This document shows positions 16,736-26,390 of a DNA stretch of 35,064 bases, piece by piece. How positions within the stretch are numbered: position 1 is the first letter of the stretch; every line of letters begins with the position of its first letter. The position numbers were made by a program, and so were the translations under genes. Origin of the DNA: Thermoplasmatota archaeon. Lineage in GTDB: Archaea > Thermoplasmatota > Penumbrarchaeia > Penumbrarchaeales > Penumbrarchaeaceae. Location: the NCBI GenBank assembly GCA_029762535.1, contig JARVGK010000034.1, positions 1-35,064 of the forward strand. Reading direction: 5' to 3'. Under the pieces are notes generated by a model. It ran no database searches. It had not been told where the DNA came from and was given only the letters and a program-made list of their open reading frames with translations.

Positions 16736-17968
16736 TCAGTAGCTGATCTTGTACCTCAGGACCGCCGCCACTCCTCCGAAGGCCTTCATAAGCATCTCGC
16801 CCTCCGAGGAATCCATGGAGATGAGCTCGAAATCGGAGGAATAGGAATCGCATATCAGGGCCAGCTCGTCCACCAGGTCCTTCGACTCTGTTTCTTCCAT
16901 GGGGATGGCGTGGACCGGACACATCGGTGCTGGGGGCTCCCTCAGGCTTCCGGTGACGGATGAGGTCTCGTCGCAGGATGGACATTCGAAATCCACGTGG
17001 TACATGTTGAGACCTTCGGAGACGAGCAGTATCTGGACCGCCCCTGCGTTCAGGGCGCTCATGACATCCTTCAATCCGTAGGCGGATAGGCCTCCGTCCT
17101 CCTTTCTTATCTCTGTGAACAATTTGCTCATCAGATCCTTCTCCCGGCTCACTTCAAGATGGGAAAGGGTCGGCCGCGCTTTTTCAAGGAGCTCCCTCAG
17201 ACCGTACTCGTCGGTGTAACCCGTATCGAAGGATTCGATCACCTTCTTCCTCAGCTCATGATGGAGGTAATCGTTGTCCTTGAAGAAATCCTTGGTCGAT
17301 CCGGGCCCACCTATCAGAAGTCCCTTGAGTTCGGTTATGCTCAGGAAGGCTTCGTTGGCAAGGTCCCCGACCTTCTTGAAATATTCGTGGGCGGCTATCT
17401 CGATGAGCCTCTCGAACCTCTGTGCGCTCTGACCGCCTCTGCCGTGCTTGCTCGGCACCAGGGATTGTATGTTCTTTATGACCTCGATCTTCTTACCCGA
17501 AAGAAGACCGATCGTCGCCTCGGCCCGGTCCACGACGATGAGCCCGTAGAGCTCATCTTCGGCCAGCATGTCCCTGAGATGGTCGAGATAGAAGTAGCTG
17601 TCGCACCTGTAGAGGAACGTCGTTATAGGCGATGGGGGTTCGACCACCCTTGTTATCATTCGCGTCTGGTCCGCTCCGATCGGAATGTGCCCGACGAAGA
17701 AGGCGAGCCCGTTCTCGGGGGCGATCCTGATGTTCTTGAGTCTTGACATTATCGATTCTATCGCCGCTGTAACGTTCTTTCTTGTGGATTTGGATTTGAT
17801 GTTGGAGGATTGAGAGTGCTCGTTCCTCAGATATGAAGTGACGTCGGATATGATCTTTCCAGCTGGTATGTAGAGGGAGATTAGCTCCGTGGCCCTGCCC
17901 TTGTATGATTCGAGCTCTTCAAGGGCCTTTCTGAAATCGTATCTCTGTATTGGTGTGAGGTTCTGCAT
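16736..17968 (-). CDS. prf1: Peptide chain release factor aRF1
   Basis: TELISLYIP, NIKS, YRCDSYF, HGRGGQSAQRF, Zn-ribbon CPSC..CPVH, FGGVAAVLRY. Start at ATG 17968. Confidence 0.96.
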   Translation of the reverse strand: MQNLTPIQRYDFRKALEELESYKGRATELISLYIPAGKIISDVTSYLRNEHSQSSNIKSKSTRKNVTAAIESIMSRLKNIRIAPENGLAFFVGHIPIGADQTRMITRVVEPPSPITTFLYRCDSYFYLDHLRDMLAEDELYGLIVVDRAEATIGLLSGKKIEVIKNIQSLVPSKHGRGGQSAQRFERLIEIAAHEYFKKVGDLANEAFLSITELKGLLIGGPGSTKDFFKDNDYLHHELRKKVIESFDTGYTDEYGLRELLEKARPTLSHLEVSREKDLMSKLFTEIRKEDGGLSAYGLKDVMSALNAGAVQILLVSEGLNMYHVDFECPSCDETSSVTGSLREPPAPMCPVHAIPMEETESKDLVDELALICDSYSSDFELISMDSSEGEMLMKAFGGVAAVLRYKISY

Positions 17969-18018
17969 GCTTCGCACCGTCTGCCTTGTTTCGGCCGAGC
18001 TTCGCCTACAAATGAGCC

Positions 18019-18117
18019 CCCATATAAAGTTTGCCTGGATATATGGGACCATTGGTTGCGGCATGTATGGATCCGATGTGGGGCCTGTCTGCGCGAAATA
18101 GTATTATAGTTATTTCG
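18019..18117. promoter_or_regulatory. Divergent promoter region with two inverted repeats overlapping TATA-like elements
   Basis: CCCATATA-N13-TATATGGG (18019-18047) and CGAAATA-N10-TATTTCG (18094-18117). Confidence 0.4.
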
Positions 18118-18186
18118 TATATGATACCCTGGCCATGCCGGGGTCAACAGGCCCCTGGCTGGATATATTCGATCCTGGTGATGTGT

Positions 18187-21100
18187 ATGGAAAAACGTTA
18201 CGGTATATTGACCGGACTTCTGATGGCCTTGATCCTCACCCTGCCCCTTCTTCCGGCCGGGGATGCCGGAGGGGCGGATGTTCCTCCTAGCAGATATGGC
18301 TTCACGCTCGATCTCAAGACGGTCGCGAACCCCTCACCGGAACTGTTGTCGGTTGCGGCCGGCGACCTCGATGGGCAGAACAACGATGATATCGCCGTTG
18401 GTGCCAACGGACAGATCATCACCTACGTCAACAACGGAGAAACGGGATCGAACCTCGGGTTCACTCTTTATCGGACCATCACCCTTACAGATTATTATAT
18501 AACGGATATCGAGATAGTCGATTACGACGGCGATTCCGATCTGGACATCATCGCCCTGGGGCAGGAATACTATTACATGTCCAACGACCAGGGCTCGGCC
18601 GGGCCGACGAGAGGCAACATTGCTGTCTTCTACATAGAGAACACCGGTACGGGTTTCTCCGTCGAAGCGACATACACGGCCAACGATGCCCTTTATGCCA
18701 ATTCCAACTGGAAGCAGTGGGATGGAAAGTTCGACCTAACAACAGGTGACCTCGACAACGATGGGGACATTGACGCGGCCATCATATATGGGGCCGATAC
18801 GACAGGCAACGATCAGGCGGACAGGTTAAGGGTCACCGCGATTTACTTCGATCAAGGAACGCTGTCTTCGACCCATCTCTACAACGGGGCACCCCCTGGA
18901 TCATGGACCTGGGGTTTCCTAGAGGCCGCTGACATGGACGAGGACGGCTGGGTCGATATTGTGTTCTGCCAGGTCCTTGATACGATACACATACTCTGGA
19001 ACTCCGTCGGGACGTTCGACTCCGCACTGCAGATCGCTCAGCTTCCGGAGCTGACGAACGCGGCAAGGGTGCCTTACGCCCTCGCCGTCGGCCACTTCGC
19101 CGGGAGCGTACTTCTTGATATAATCGTATCGACCAACGACAGTCCTGACTACTGGAACTCCGACGGCAAGATATACACCATAAGACAGCAGCCGCAGGCC
19201 GCCGGAAGGAACACGTTCGGGTCCCCCGAACTGGCTTACGGCGAGGGAGGCAACTTCAATTTCTTCAGAGGGTTCGCCGTGGGGAGGCTCAACAACGAGA
19301 CCTCTAACCACGGGGACGACGTTGTGACCTTCACGAAACAGGACAGCGATAGGGTGGCACCCCCGGACGCGATCGAAGGGTTCGGGATATCGATCCTAAA
19401 ATCCCAGACGGCCTCTCCAAAGAAGCTATCGCTCATGAAATTATACTCCCCGGAGGTGGTCGACAAGGATAATCTGAACGCCATAGCCCTGGGGAATTTC
19501 GACAACGATCCCGACGGTTACGACGATCTCGTGTTCGTGGGCAGCGATATCACCGTGGGAGCCCTATCGTATCCACCGGACCGCATGCCAGATCTGATAA
19601 ATGTCGTTCAGACGCCTTCCCCTGTTCTGAACAACAATATTCAGACGGCCTCCATCAACATATCCGTGGAGGACCTCGATGGCGCCTGGGACCTGGACAA
19701 GATCGAGGTGGATCTCACCGCCATAGAAGGTTTCGATGGAAGGATCGTAACTGTCCCGGAGCCGACCTACAAGGACCCCGAGAACACTACGATAGGGTTC
19801 TATCAGTTCAACTTGAACGTTCCACCGGAGGTCGCCGGAGGCAACCATCAGGTGGAGCTTAGGATCTACGGTAAAGGTCCGGTCAAGGACGAACCAAAGA
19901 CGGTCACGTCTTTCGTACTCAGGGTCGAACAGTTCAACAGGGCGCCGATCATCAACCTCAACGAGACGCAGCTTGACATCATGGAGGACGTTCCGGCGAC
20001 TTACGAGGGGGTCTACAACTGGTTCATAGACCAGGACGGGGACATGATGGAGATCAAGATCAAGAACCCCTTCGTCCAGGACTCGTACATGACGTCGTTG
20101 AACACCACAATGTTCCTGGCCGAGCTTATAAATTTCACGGAGGACGACCCTTACGACATGGCCCTCAGGATCACGCCGAAACCCAATGTCCACCACGACG
20201 CATACGGGGGAGGCGGCCCCAACGCTGTCGTTCTTCGGGCTTTCGACCACAAACTGAAGTCGGATGAGCTCGCGCTGACGGTCAGGATATGGCCTGTCAA
20301 TGACATCGCGACCATACCACCGCAGGGTTACCCTGCTGACAGGACGGATTTCTCCTATCTTCTTACCCAGGATAAAAAGGGTTTCACCGTCTTCAAGGCC
20401 ACCGACCCCCTCGATGGTGATCCCGAGGGTAAGAACCTCAGGTATCACTTCGTGTACGACGATCCAGCGGATGAAGATTGGCTCGTCATCGAACCGGAGG
20501 GAAAGATACTCTGGGACCCTAAGAACGAACATGTGGGTTCGCACAGGGTGACCATCGTCGTGAACGATTCCTACTTCCTTATCGAGCGCGTCCTGTGGTT
20601 CAATGTTTCGAACGTCATCGACCCACCCTTCTTCGTCTCCATATCCAACCAGACCACGACGATCGATCTGATAGCGAACCCCCCTGCGGAGAGGCTTGAC
20701 TTCACGATCTACGAGCACGAAGAGCTAAGGCTTGTCATCGTGGCCGATGACATCGATCGATGGATAGGATTCCAGGACCATGTGATCTTCCAGTGCAACC
20801 TGACCGTGGTCAACAACACTTTCCTGGATGTGGACCCGGAGGATCCCTTCAAGGCCACTTTGAGGTTCTGGGCAAGGCTCAGGGACGGATATCCAGCCAC
20901 ATACGAGCCGGATTTCCCGCCTGTGGAGACCGAGATCCTGATCGTGGACCCCGATGACACGGACATCGTCATCTCCCTCCCCATAAGGATCACGATCATC
21001 AACGTCAACGACCCCCCGCTCCAGGTCACGATCGATTCGCCGGCGGAAGGGGCCGAATTCCCAATACTGTACAATCACCTGTTCGTCGCGGGCACTGCCG

Positions 21101-21930
21101 TGGACCCGGACATCATCTACGGGGACCATCTCAGATACATCTGGGACTTCGATGCGAGGGACGGTTTCGAGGAGGAGGCCAACGGTACATCGGTCCGATG
21201 GGATTTTCCGGAGGCGGGCGACTACGTGGTGACCCTGAGGGTGTTCGATTCCGGCGGACTCTACAGCGAGGCGATCGTGAACATCAAAGTGAACGGAGAG
21301 CGCAATGACACGGACTGGGACAACGACGGCATGCCCAACGACTGGGAGATACAGCACGGCCTGGACCCCTACGATCCCAGCGACGCTGACAAGGACAAGG
21401 ACGGTGATGGTCTATCGAACCTGGAGGAATACATGCTGGGCACCGACCCGAACAAGAGGGACTCGGACGGGGACGGCATAGACGATCTGAACGATTACGA
21501 TCCGCTCGATCCCAATATATGGGAGAAGCCTGTTCAGGAGGAAGAATGGTTCGAGGACCCCATTAACCTACTTCTTTTGATAATAATAATCGCTGTCATC
21601 CTGATATTGATTATAGTCCTGATCACGGTCTATGTGGTCTTGGCGCGCAAGAGGGCGGTGAAGGAAGAGGAGAAGCGGAAGCAGGCCGAGGAGATGCAGA
21701 AGAACATATACGAGGAGCAGGACCTCTATACGGATCTGCCCGCGCTCCAGCAGGAGACTCCAGCTGAGGAGGCCCCGGCACCCTCGCTCCCCCCGACCAC
21801 CGAGGATATCGACGATATCTTCGGAGGCGCTGGCATCCTTCCAACGGCGGGCGCTCCCTCCCATCCTCAAAAGGATGAAGGGGCCGAGGATAAAGAGGCA
21901 TCCGACGACCTCACCGATCTGCTTGACTGA
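18187..21930 (+). CDS. Large cell-surface adhesin-like protein: FG-GAP propeller, cadherin/Ig-like domains, PKD, Ca-binding DxDxDG repeats, TM, acidic cytoplasmic tail
   Basis: Signal peptide MEKRYGILTGLLMALILTLPLL; 7 FG-GAP-like motifs; NRAP/VNDxP cadherin-type linkers; WDF...GDYVVTLRV PKD; DWDNDG/DKDGDG/DSDGDG; TM LLLLIIIIAVILILIIVLITVYVVL. Confidence 0.85.
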   Translation: MEKRYGILTGLLMALILTLPLLPAGDAGGADVPPSRYGFTLDLKTVANPSPELLSVAAGDLDGQNNDDIAVGANGQIITYVNNGETGSNLGFTLYRTITLTDYYITDIEIVDYDGDSDLDIIALGQEYYYMSNDQGSAGPTRGNIAVFYIENTGTGFSVEATYTANDALYANSNWKQWDGKFDLTTGDLDNDGDIDAAIIYGADTTGNDQADRLRVTAIYFDQGTLSSTHLYNGAPPGSWTWGFLEAADMDEDGWVDIVFCQVLDTIHILWNSVGTFDSALQIAQLPELTNAARVPYALAVGHFAGSVLLDIIVSTNDSPDYWNSDGKIYTIRQQPQAAGRNTFGSPELAYGEGGNFNFFRGFAVGRLNNETSNHGDDVVTFTKQDSDRVAPPDAIEGFGISILKSQTASPKKLSLMKLYSPEVVDKDNLNAIALGNFDNDPDGYDDLVFVGSDITVGALSYPPDRMPDLINVVQTPSPVLNNNIQTASINISVEDLDGAWDLDKIEVDLTAIEGFDGRIVTVPEPTYKDPENTTIGFYQFNLNVPPEVAGGNHQVELRIYGKGPVKDEPKTVTSFVLRVEQFNRAPIINLNETQLDIMEDVPATYEGVYNWFIDQDGDMMEIKIKNPFVQDSYMTSLNTTMFLAELINFTEDDPYDMALRITPKPNVHHDAYGGGGPNAVVLRAFDHKLKSDELALTVRIWPVNDIATIPPQGYPADRTDFSYLLTQDKKGFTVFKATDPLDGDPEGKNLRYHFVYDDPADEDWLVIEPEGKILWDPKNEHVGSHRVTIVVNDSYFLIERVLWFNVSNVIDPPFFVSISNQTTTIDLIANPPAERLDFTIYEHEELRLVIVADDIDRWIGFQDHVIFQCNLTVVNNTFLDVDPEDPFKATLRFWARLRDGYPATYEPDFPPVETEILIVDPDDTDIVISLPIRITIINVNDPPLQVTIDSPAEGAEFPILYNHLFVAGTAVDPDIIYGDHLRYIWDFDARDGFEEEANGTSVRWDFPEAGDYVVTLRVFDSGGLYSEAIVNIKVNGERNDTDWDNDGMPNDWEIQHGLDPYDPSDADKDKDGDGLSNLEEYMLGTDPNKRDSDGDGIDDLNDYDPLDPNIWEKPVQEEEWFEDPINLLLLIIIIAVILILIIVLITVYVVLARKRAVKEEEKRKQAEEMQKNIYEEQDLYTDLPALQQETPAEEAPAPSLPPTTEDIDDIFGGAGILPTAGAPSHPQKDEGAEDKEASDDLTDLLD

Positions 21931-21971
21931 AGGTAATGTATAATTAAGGGTCAGCCCTCTCACCTTGACCC

Positions 21972-22673
21972 ATGGAGAAGCAAGTGAAGAAAAAGGCTGT
22001 GATATCCCTTGGCGGGTCCATACTCGTAAGGGGTGAGAACGATGCCGAATATATCAGGTCGATATCATCGCTCATCAAAGGTATGACGGACGGCTGGAAG
22101 TTCGGTATCATCGTGGGCGGAGGAAGGACAGCCAGGTCCTATATAGGTATAGGAAGGGAATGCGGAGCGGACGAGGCTTCCCTGGACGAGTTGGGGATCG
22201 CCGCCACGAGGCTGAACGCCAGGCTTTTAATGTGCGCTCTCGGGGTGGATTGCTATCCTTCCGCGTTCGAAACGATCGAGGAGGGGATCGCGGCTCTGGG
22301 CAGTTTCCGCATCGTCGTGGGTGGAGGGACCCATGCGGGACACTCGACGGATGCCGTATCCGCCCTTTTCGCCGAGAGATGGGGGGCGGACGTCTTCCTC
22401 AACCTAACATCCGTGAACGGGGCGTATACCTCCGACCCTGCGAAGGTTCCAGATGCGAAAAGGATAGACAGGATCAGCAGGTCCGATCTGGTAGACCTTG
22501 TGTCCTCGACGCGCACACGGGCCGGATCGCACAGCGTGATGGACCCGCTTGCTGCGAGGATCATCGAGAGGTCCGAAATGAATACGATGATATTGAACGG
22601 CAGGGACCTGAAAAGCGTTGGATCGGCCCTTGAAGGAGGGGACTTCGACGGAACTATTGTGGGGGGGGTATGA
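21972..22673 (+). CDS. pyrH: UMP kinase
   Basis: VISLGGS, IVGGGRTARSYI, LDELGIAATRLNA, HSTDAVSA, GAYTSDP. Confidence 0.95.
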   Translation: MEKQVKKKAVISLGGSILVRGENDAEYIRSISSLIKGMTDGWKFGIIVGGGRTARSYIGIGRECGADEASLDELGIAATRLNARLLMCALGVDCYPSAFETIEEGIAALGSFRIVVGGGTHAGHSTDAVSALFAERWGADVFLNLTSVNGAYTSDPAKVPDAKRIDRISRSDLVDLVSSTRTRAGSHSVMDPLAARIIERSEMNTMILNGRDLKSVGSALEGGDFDGTIVGGV

Positions 22674-22954
22674 AAATGCCAGGAAGCGACCCCAAAGGAC
22701 CCAGGAAGAAGAGGCCGATACCGAGAAAGGCCGAACCGGTGCCCAACGATTCCCCATCTGCTCCCGCAGCCCTTCACAAGCACTGCAACAGCTGCGGGCT
22801 GTCGATCCCTCCCGATGCGGAGTACTGCTCCGATAACTGCAGGACGAACTTCGAGCGAATGGTGAAGAGGAAGAAGCAGTTGATGTGGCTTCCCTACATC
22901 GGGATCATTTTGATGGTGCTTTTCTACATTCTCGTTATCAGAGCGGGGTCATGA
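22670..22954 (+). CDS. DUF2116-like Zn-ribbon membrane protein
   Basis: HKHCNSCGLSIPPDAEYCSDNC followed by a basic stretch and C-terminal TM; ATGA overlap with pyrH. Confidence 0.85.
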   Translation: MKMPGSDPKGPRKKRPIPRKAEPVPNDSPSAPAALHKHCNSCGLSIPPDAEYCSDNCRTNFERMVKRKKQLMWLPYIGIILMVLFYILVIRAGS

Positions 22955-23439
22955 TACAGATGAGATATGGACGGGTCTGTCTGGGAGGGACGTTCTCACC
23001 CCTTCACGCGGGCCATATGCGCCTGCTTGAGGAGGCCTTCTCCAGATCGGAGCATGTCTCGATCGGTCTGACCTCCGATGATATGGCCGAAAAGAGCAGG
23101 TCAAGGAGTGTGGCTCCGTACGAGGACAGATGCCGGGAGCTATCGGAGAAGTGCAATGGGCTGAGTGAGGCATACGGTTCCGAATGCGACATCAGGATGA
23201 TAGAGGACGCAATGGGGTTCGCGCTTGAAATTGACATAGAGGCGATCCTTGTGTCCGAGGAAACTCTACCCGGTGCGCTTCGCATCAACGAGGTGCGAAT
23301 GGCCTTGGGCCTCACCCCCCTTGAAGTGATCTCGATCCCCATGGTAAGGATGTCCGACGGAAGGAGGATCTCCTCGACCCTCATCGTACAGGAAGCGAAT
23401 GCGGGCAACGGTCAGATTGAAGGGGGGGAGTGGCGTTGA
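22951..23439 (+). CDS. coaD: Phosphopantetheine adenylyltransferase (archaeal/eukaryotic type)
   Basis: GGTFSPLHAGH, IGLTSD, LVSEET, INEVR, RISST; ATGA overlap at 22951. Confidence 0.9.
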   Translation: MIQMRYGRVCLGGTFSPLHAGHMRLLEEAFSRSEHVSIGLTSDDMAEKSRSRSVAPYEDRCRELSEKCNGLSEAYGSECDIRMIEDAMGFALEIDIEAILVSEETLPGALRINEVRMALGLTPLEVISIPMVRMSDGRRISSTLIVQEANAGNGQIEGGEWR

Positions 23440-24398
23440 TATACGGTGGCATCGGAACGCTGGTCCTGATGTTCGCCATCGCATTGGCGGTCGCATTATC
23501 GGTGATCCTGCCGTGGAAGAAGATACTGTCGGCCAGTATGGTCCTGTCCGCATCGATAATCGTGATCCTTCTTCTGGGTTTTCTCCTTTCATCAAAGATA
23601 ATGAGCTTCACCATCGGGGGCAACATGCTCTATATGCCTCCTGGCATGATATGGATCGATCTCGGGCTGTACCCGAGGGACATCGTCACGAACTATTCGT
23701 TCTACCGATTCATCACCTCGATGTTCATACACGGCGACATTCTCCACGCCGTCGCCAATCTCGTCGGACTGCTATTCATAGGATACCAGTTCGAACAGAG
23801 GATAGGATGGAAGAGGCTCCTTATCCTGTACTACGGCACGGGGATACTGGCTTCATGTGTGATGATCGCAATATCCCCGTTCGATCTACTGGGGCAGGGA
23901 ATGGGGACGGTGGGAATTGGCGCATCCGCTGCGATATTCGGCATACTCGGCGCGTTCTTCTACCTATATCCCAACGAGGAGATAATCTTCCCCCTCATCA
24001 TAATAAGGAAATGGAGGATCTCGCTCATCATCTTCATCTACCTCATGATCACCTCCGTCTTCATATTCACGGGGACCTCGGACAACGTCAGCCACATCGC
24101 ACATTTCGCAGGATTGGGCGTTTCCTTCCCGCTCGCTGCGATCATCGGCAGGCCCCCTGTGGAGGGGGACAAGGCGATGAAGATATTGGACCTCGATAAA
24201 CTGGAGGACCTCACACACGACCCATCCGCATCGAGAGCCCTCGAGCTTGCCAGAAAGGCCGATGAACCGGAGATACGCGATGCCTGGCTTGCGGAATACT
24301 TCAAGAAGAGCAAATGCCCCGAGTGCAAGGGAAAGGGTATGCTCTACGATGAAGGCAAGGCGAAATGTCCAAGATGCGATCATAAGATCTCGCTGTGA
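23430..24398 (+). CDS. Rhomboid intramembrane serine protease with C-terminal Zn ribbon
   Basis: TSMFIHGDILH..AN, GASAAIFG (catalytic Ser), HIAHFAG (catalytic His), CPEC...CPRC. Confidence 0.92.
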   Translation: MALIYGGIGTLVLMFAIALAVALSVILPWKKILSASMVLSASIIVILLLGFLLSSKIMSFTIGGNMLYMPPGMIWIDLGLYPRDIVTNYSFYRFITSMFIHGDILHAVANLVGLLFIGYQFEQRIGWKRLLILYYGTGILASCVMIAISPFDLLGQGMGTVGIGASAAIFGILGAFFYLYPNEEIIFPLIIIRKWRISLIIFIYLMITSVFIFTGTSDNVSHIAHFAGLGVSFPLAAIIGRPPVEGDKAMKILDLDKLEDLTHDPSASRALELARKADEPEIRDAWLAEYFKKSKCPECKGKGMLYDEGKAKCPRCDHKISL

Positions 24399-24423
24399 CT
24401 TTCACCGAATGGGACTGTGACGG

Positions 24424-24440
24424 GAAAACGTATTTATAAC
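24424..24440 (+). promoter_or_regulatory. BRE/TATA promoter of the MBL hydrolase gene
   Basis: GAAAACG-TATTTATAA about 30 nt upstream of ATG 24469. Confidence 0.55.
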
Positions 24441-24468
24441 TAGGGAGGTCAATAAGAACAACAGGGGT

Positions 24469-25089
24469 ATGTACTTGGAGCCGAAGATAACATGGTTGGG
24501 CCATTCGAGCTTTAGGATCGAGCATAAAGGCAAGGTCGTATACATCGACCCGTGGAAGATCGAAGGCGGTCCCAAAGCGGACCTCATCGTCGTGACCCAC
24601 TCACACATGGACCATTTCAGCGACGACGATATCAGGAAGGTCGCCGGAGATGATACGGTCATCATCGGTTCACAAGACATCGAACCCAGCGTTGGACGGT
24701 CGATCGGACTGAAGCCCGGGGACGAAAAGGACCTCGGATGGTCCAAGGTCGAGGCCTACAGGGCCTACAACCCTGACAAGCAGTTCCATCCCAAGGCCAA
24801 TGACTGGCTCGGGGTGGTGATCGATCTATCAGGCTACAGGATATATCACACGGGCGATACTGATGTCATTCCCGAGATGAACGAAGTGAAGGACATAGAC
24901 CTGGCCCTAGTGCCTGTCGGAGGTACGTACACGATGACCGCCGCCGAGGCCGCTGAGTGCGTGAGGATCGTCAAACCGAAAAAGGCCGTTCCCATGCACT
25001 GGGGCGACATCATCGGCGGCAGGAAGGATGCGGAGGACTTCGCCAAGCTGGCCAAATGCTCCGTCGTCATCATGGCCCCCGAGAAGTGA
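24469..25089 (+). CDS. MBL-fold metallo-hydrolase (UPF0173/UlaG-like)
   Basis: WLGHSSF, YIDPW, THSHMDH, YHTGDT, PMHWG. Confidence 0.92.
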   Translation: MYLEPKITWLGHSSFRIEHKGKVVYIDPWKIEGGPKADLIVVTHSHMDHFSDDDIRKVAGDDTVIIGSQDIEPSVGRSIGLKPGDEKDLGWSKVEAYRAYNPDKQFHPKANDWLGVVIDLSGYRIYHTGDTDVIPEMNEVKDIDLALVPVGGTYTMTAAEAAECVRIVKPKKAVPMHWGDIIGGRKDAEDFAKLAKCSVVIMAPEK

Positions 25090-26215
25090 TGCCCTTAACG
25101 ATATCGAATAGTTCCTCGGGGATGGTCCACTTCCCCTTTTGCACCAGAGGGTTCGCGAACGTCAACGGCCATCTGTCAGCCGAGGATGCAAGTGAGAAGA
25201 CCTGAAAATGCACGGGTCCATCGAGCACGTTCTGACCCCCTATGACATCCATCAACCTGTTGACAGCCCTGGAGCTGCCGTCAAGGTCTGGATACAGTCC
25301 GATCCCGATGGCATCCTGGCTGTCGTGCAGGGTCAGGACCATGTTCGGAGGGATATCCTTGGAGCCGCCCTTGATGTCATCAAGGTCCGCTCCGGGCCGA
25401 AGACGCATATGACAGAAGGAAAGCACCCTGAAACCGATCCTTATGGGGTCGGGGATCACCAATGGCTTGACGAGCCTCCTCTCCAGCAGCCTGTCACGGA
25501 TGCGGTTTAATCGATATCTGCTAAGATCGGCCATCGTCCTCCCCTCAGGGTCCGATACCATACGCAGGAGGACGTGCATCTCATTCTCCGTGATGTCAGT
25601 GTCCTCTCCGTGAGAGCCTTTTTCGAAGAACTCCATCCAGGTGAGGCTGGATGCCTCCTGAGCGTTGTCCCTGGGTTCCAGAAAAGGCACTTCGATCCCT
25701 CCATCGAATGAGGCCTCTACGAGCCTCAGAAGGTCGAACATGCTCTCTACCTTTACATCTTTTAGGGAGAAGGGGACCATTGACATTTCTCCGATATGGG
25801 CGCCCAGAAGTTCGAACAGCATCCTCTCCCCCTTCTGCAGTCCGCCTTTCATTGATGAGAAATCCTCGATGATGTGAAAACCCAACCCCTGCCCTGGTTC
25901 GCTGAGGAAGAAAACTATGTGTGTGGGCGCCCTCTCCAGGATGTTCGATTCCAGGTACCGCTTGGAACCGTCGCTAAAAAAGGGATCCAGTCTCGATCCG
26001 AAGCTTGATGCGAGTATCTCAAAACCCAAAAGACCGTAGTTGGGGACGTACTCACGCCTCAGGGTACGATCGCGAATAAGTTTGTTCTTGATCTTGTTGA
26101 AGGTGAAGGCGTTCATATCCATGGAGTTGGCCCTCTCAAGGTCTGTGTGTTCCGGGTTCTTCATAACGGACCTGATCACAGCCATCTCCTTCCTGGTGAG
26201 GCGCGGCATATCCAT
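25070..26215 (-). CDS. Tandem-duplicated Lrp/AsnC-like transcriptional regulator
   Basis: Two wHTH+RAM-like units: LTRKEMAVI...YVPNYGLLGFEIL and ITENEMHVL...VIPDPIRIGFRVL. Divergent from the MMPL gene across a very AT-rich 175-bp spacer. Confidence 0.7.
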   Translation of the reverse strand: MDMPRLTRKEMAVIRSVMKNPEHTDLERANSMDMNAFTFNKIKNKLIRDRTLRREYVPNYGLLGFEILASSFGSRLDPFFSDGSKRYLESNILERAPTHIVFFLSEPGQGLGFHIIEDFSSMKGGLQKGERMLFELLGAHIGEMSMVPFSLKDVKVESMFDLLRLVEASFDGGIEVPFLEPRDNAQEASSLTWMEFFEKGSHGEDTDITENEMHVLLRMVSDPEGRTMADLSRYRLNRIRDRLLERRLVKPLVIPDPIRIGFRVLSFCHMRLRPGADLDDIKGGSKDIPPNMVLTLHDSQDAIGIGLYPDLDGSSRAVNRLMDVIGGQNVLDGPVHFQVFSLASSADRWPLTFANPLVQKGKWTIPEELFDIVKGITSRGP

Positions 26216-26390
26216 GTATTACAATGCTAATTCCCGTATATACATATGCCGATATATGTCCTGTAGATAACATTATTTTTCCATTTCATTGATAATTATT
26301 CACTTTGTTTTTAATATTTTGATATTTATCTGGGTATTTATACCATAATAAATAAATAATGTCTCGCTCTCGCCGGTCCCGGCGAAACAA

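Noticed and set aside
17969-18186. N-terminal extensions of aRF1 and the adhesin in the ORF track
   Set aside because: They run through the promoter region; conserved sequence or signal peptide begins at 17968 and 18187.
19564-21357. Long antisense ORFs (384 aa and 210 aa) within the adhesin gene
   Set aside because: Shadow frames produced by GC-rich codon bias; no motifs, and the sense gene is well supported.
21310-21510. Repetitive GAC-rich DNA suggesting a tandem repeat or CRISPR
   Set aside because: Encodes DxDxDG calcium-binding motifs; no fixed-length repeat-spacer structure.
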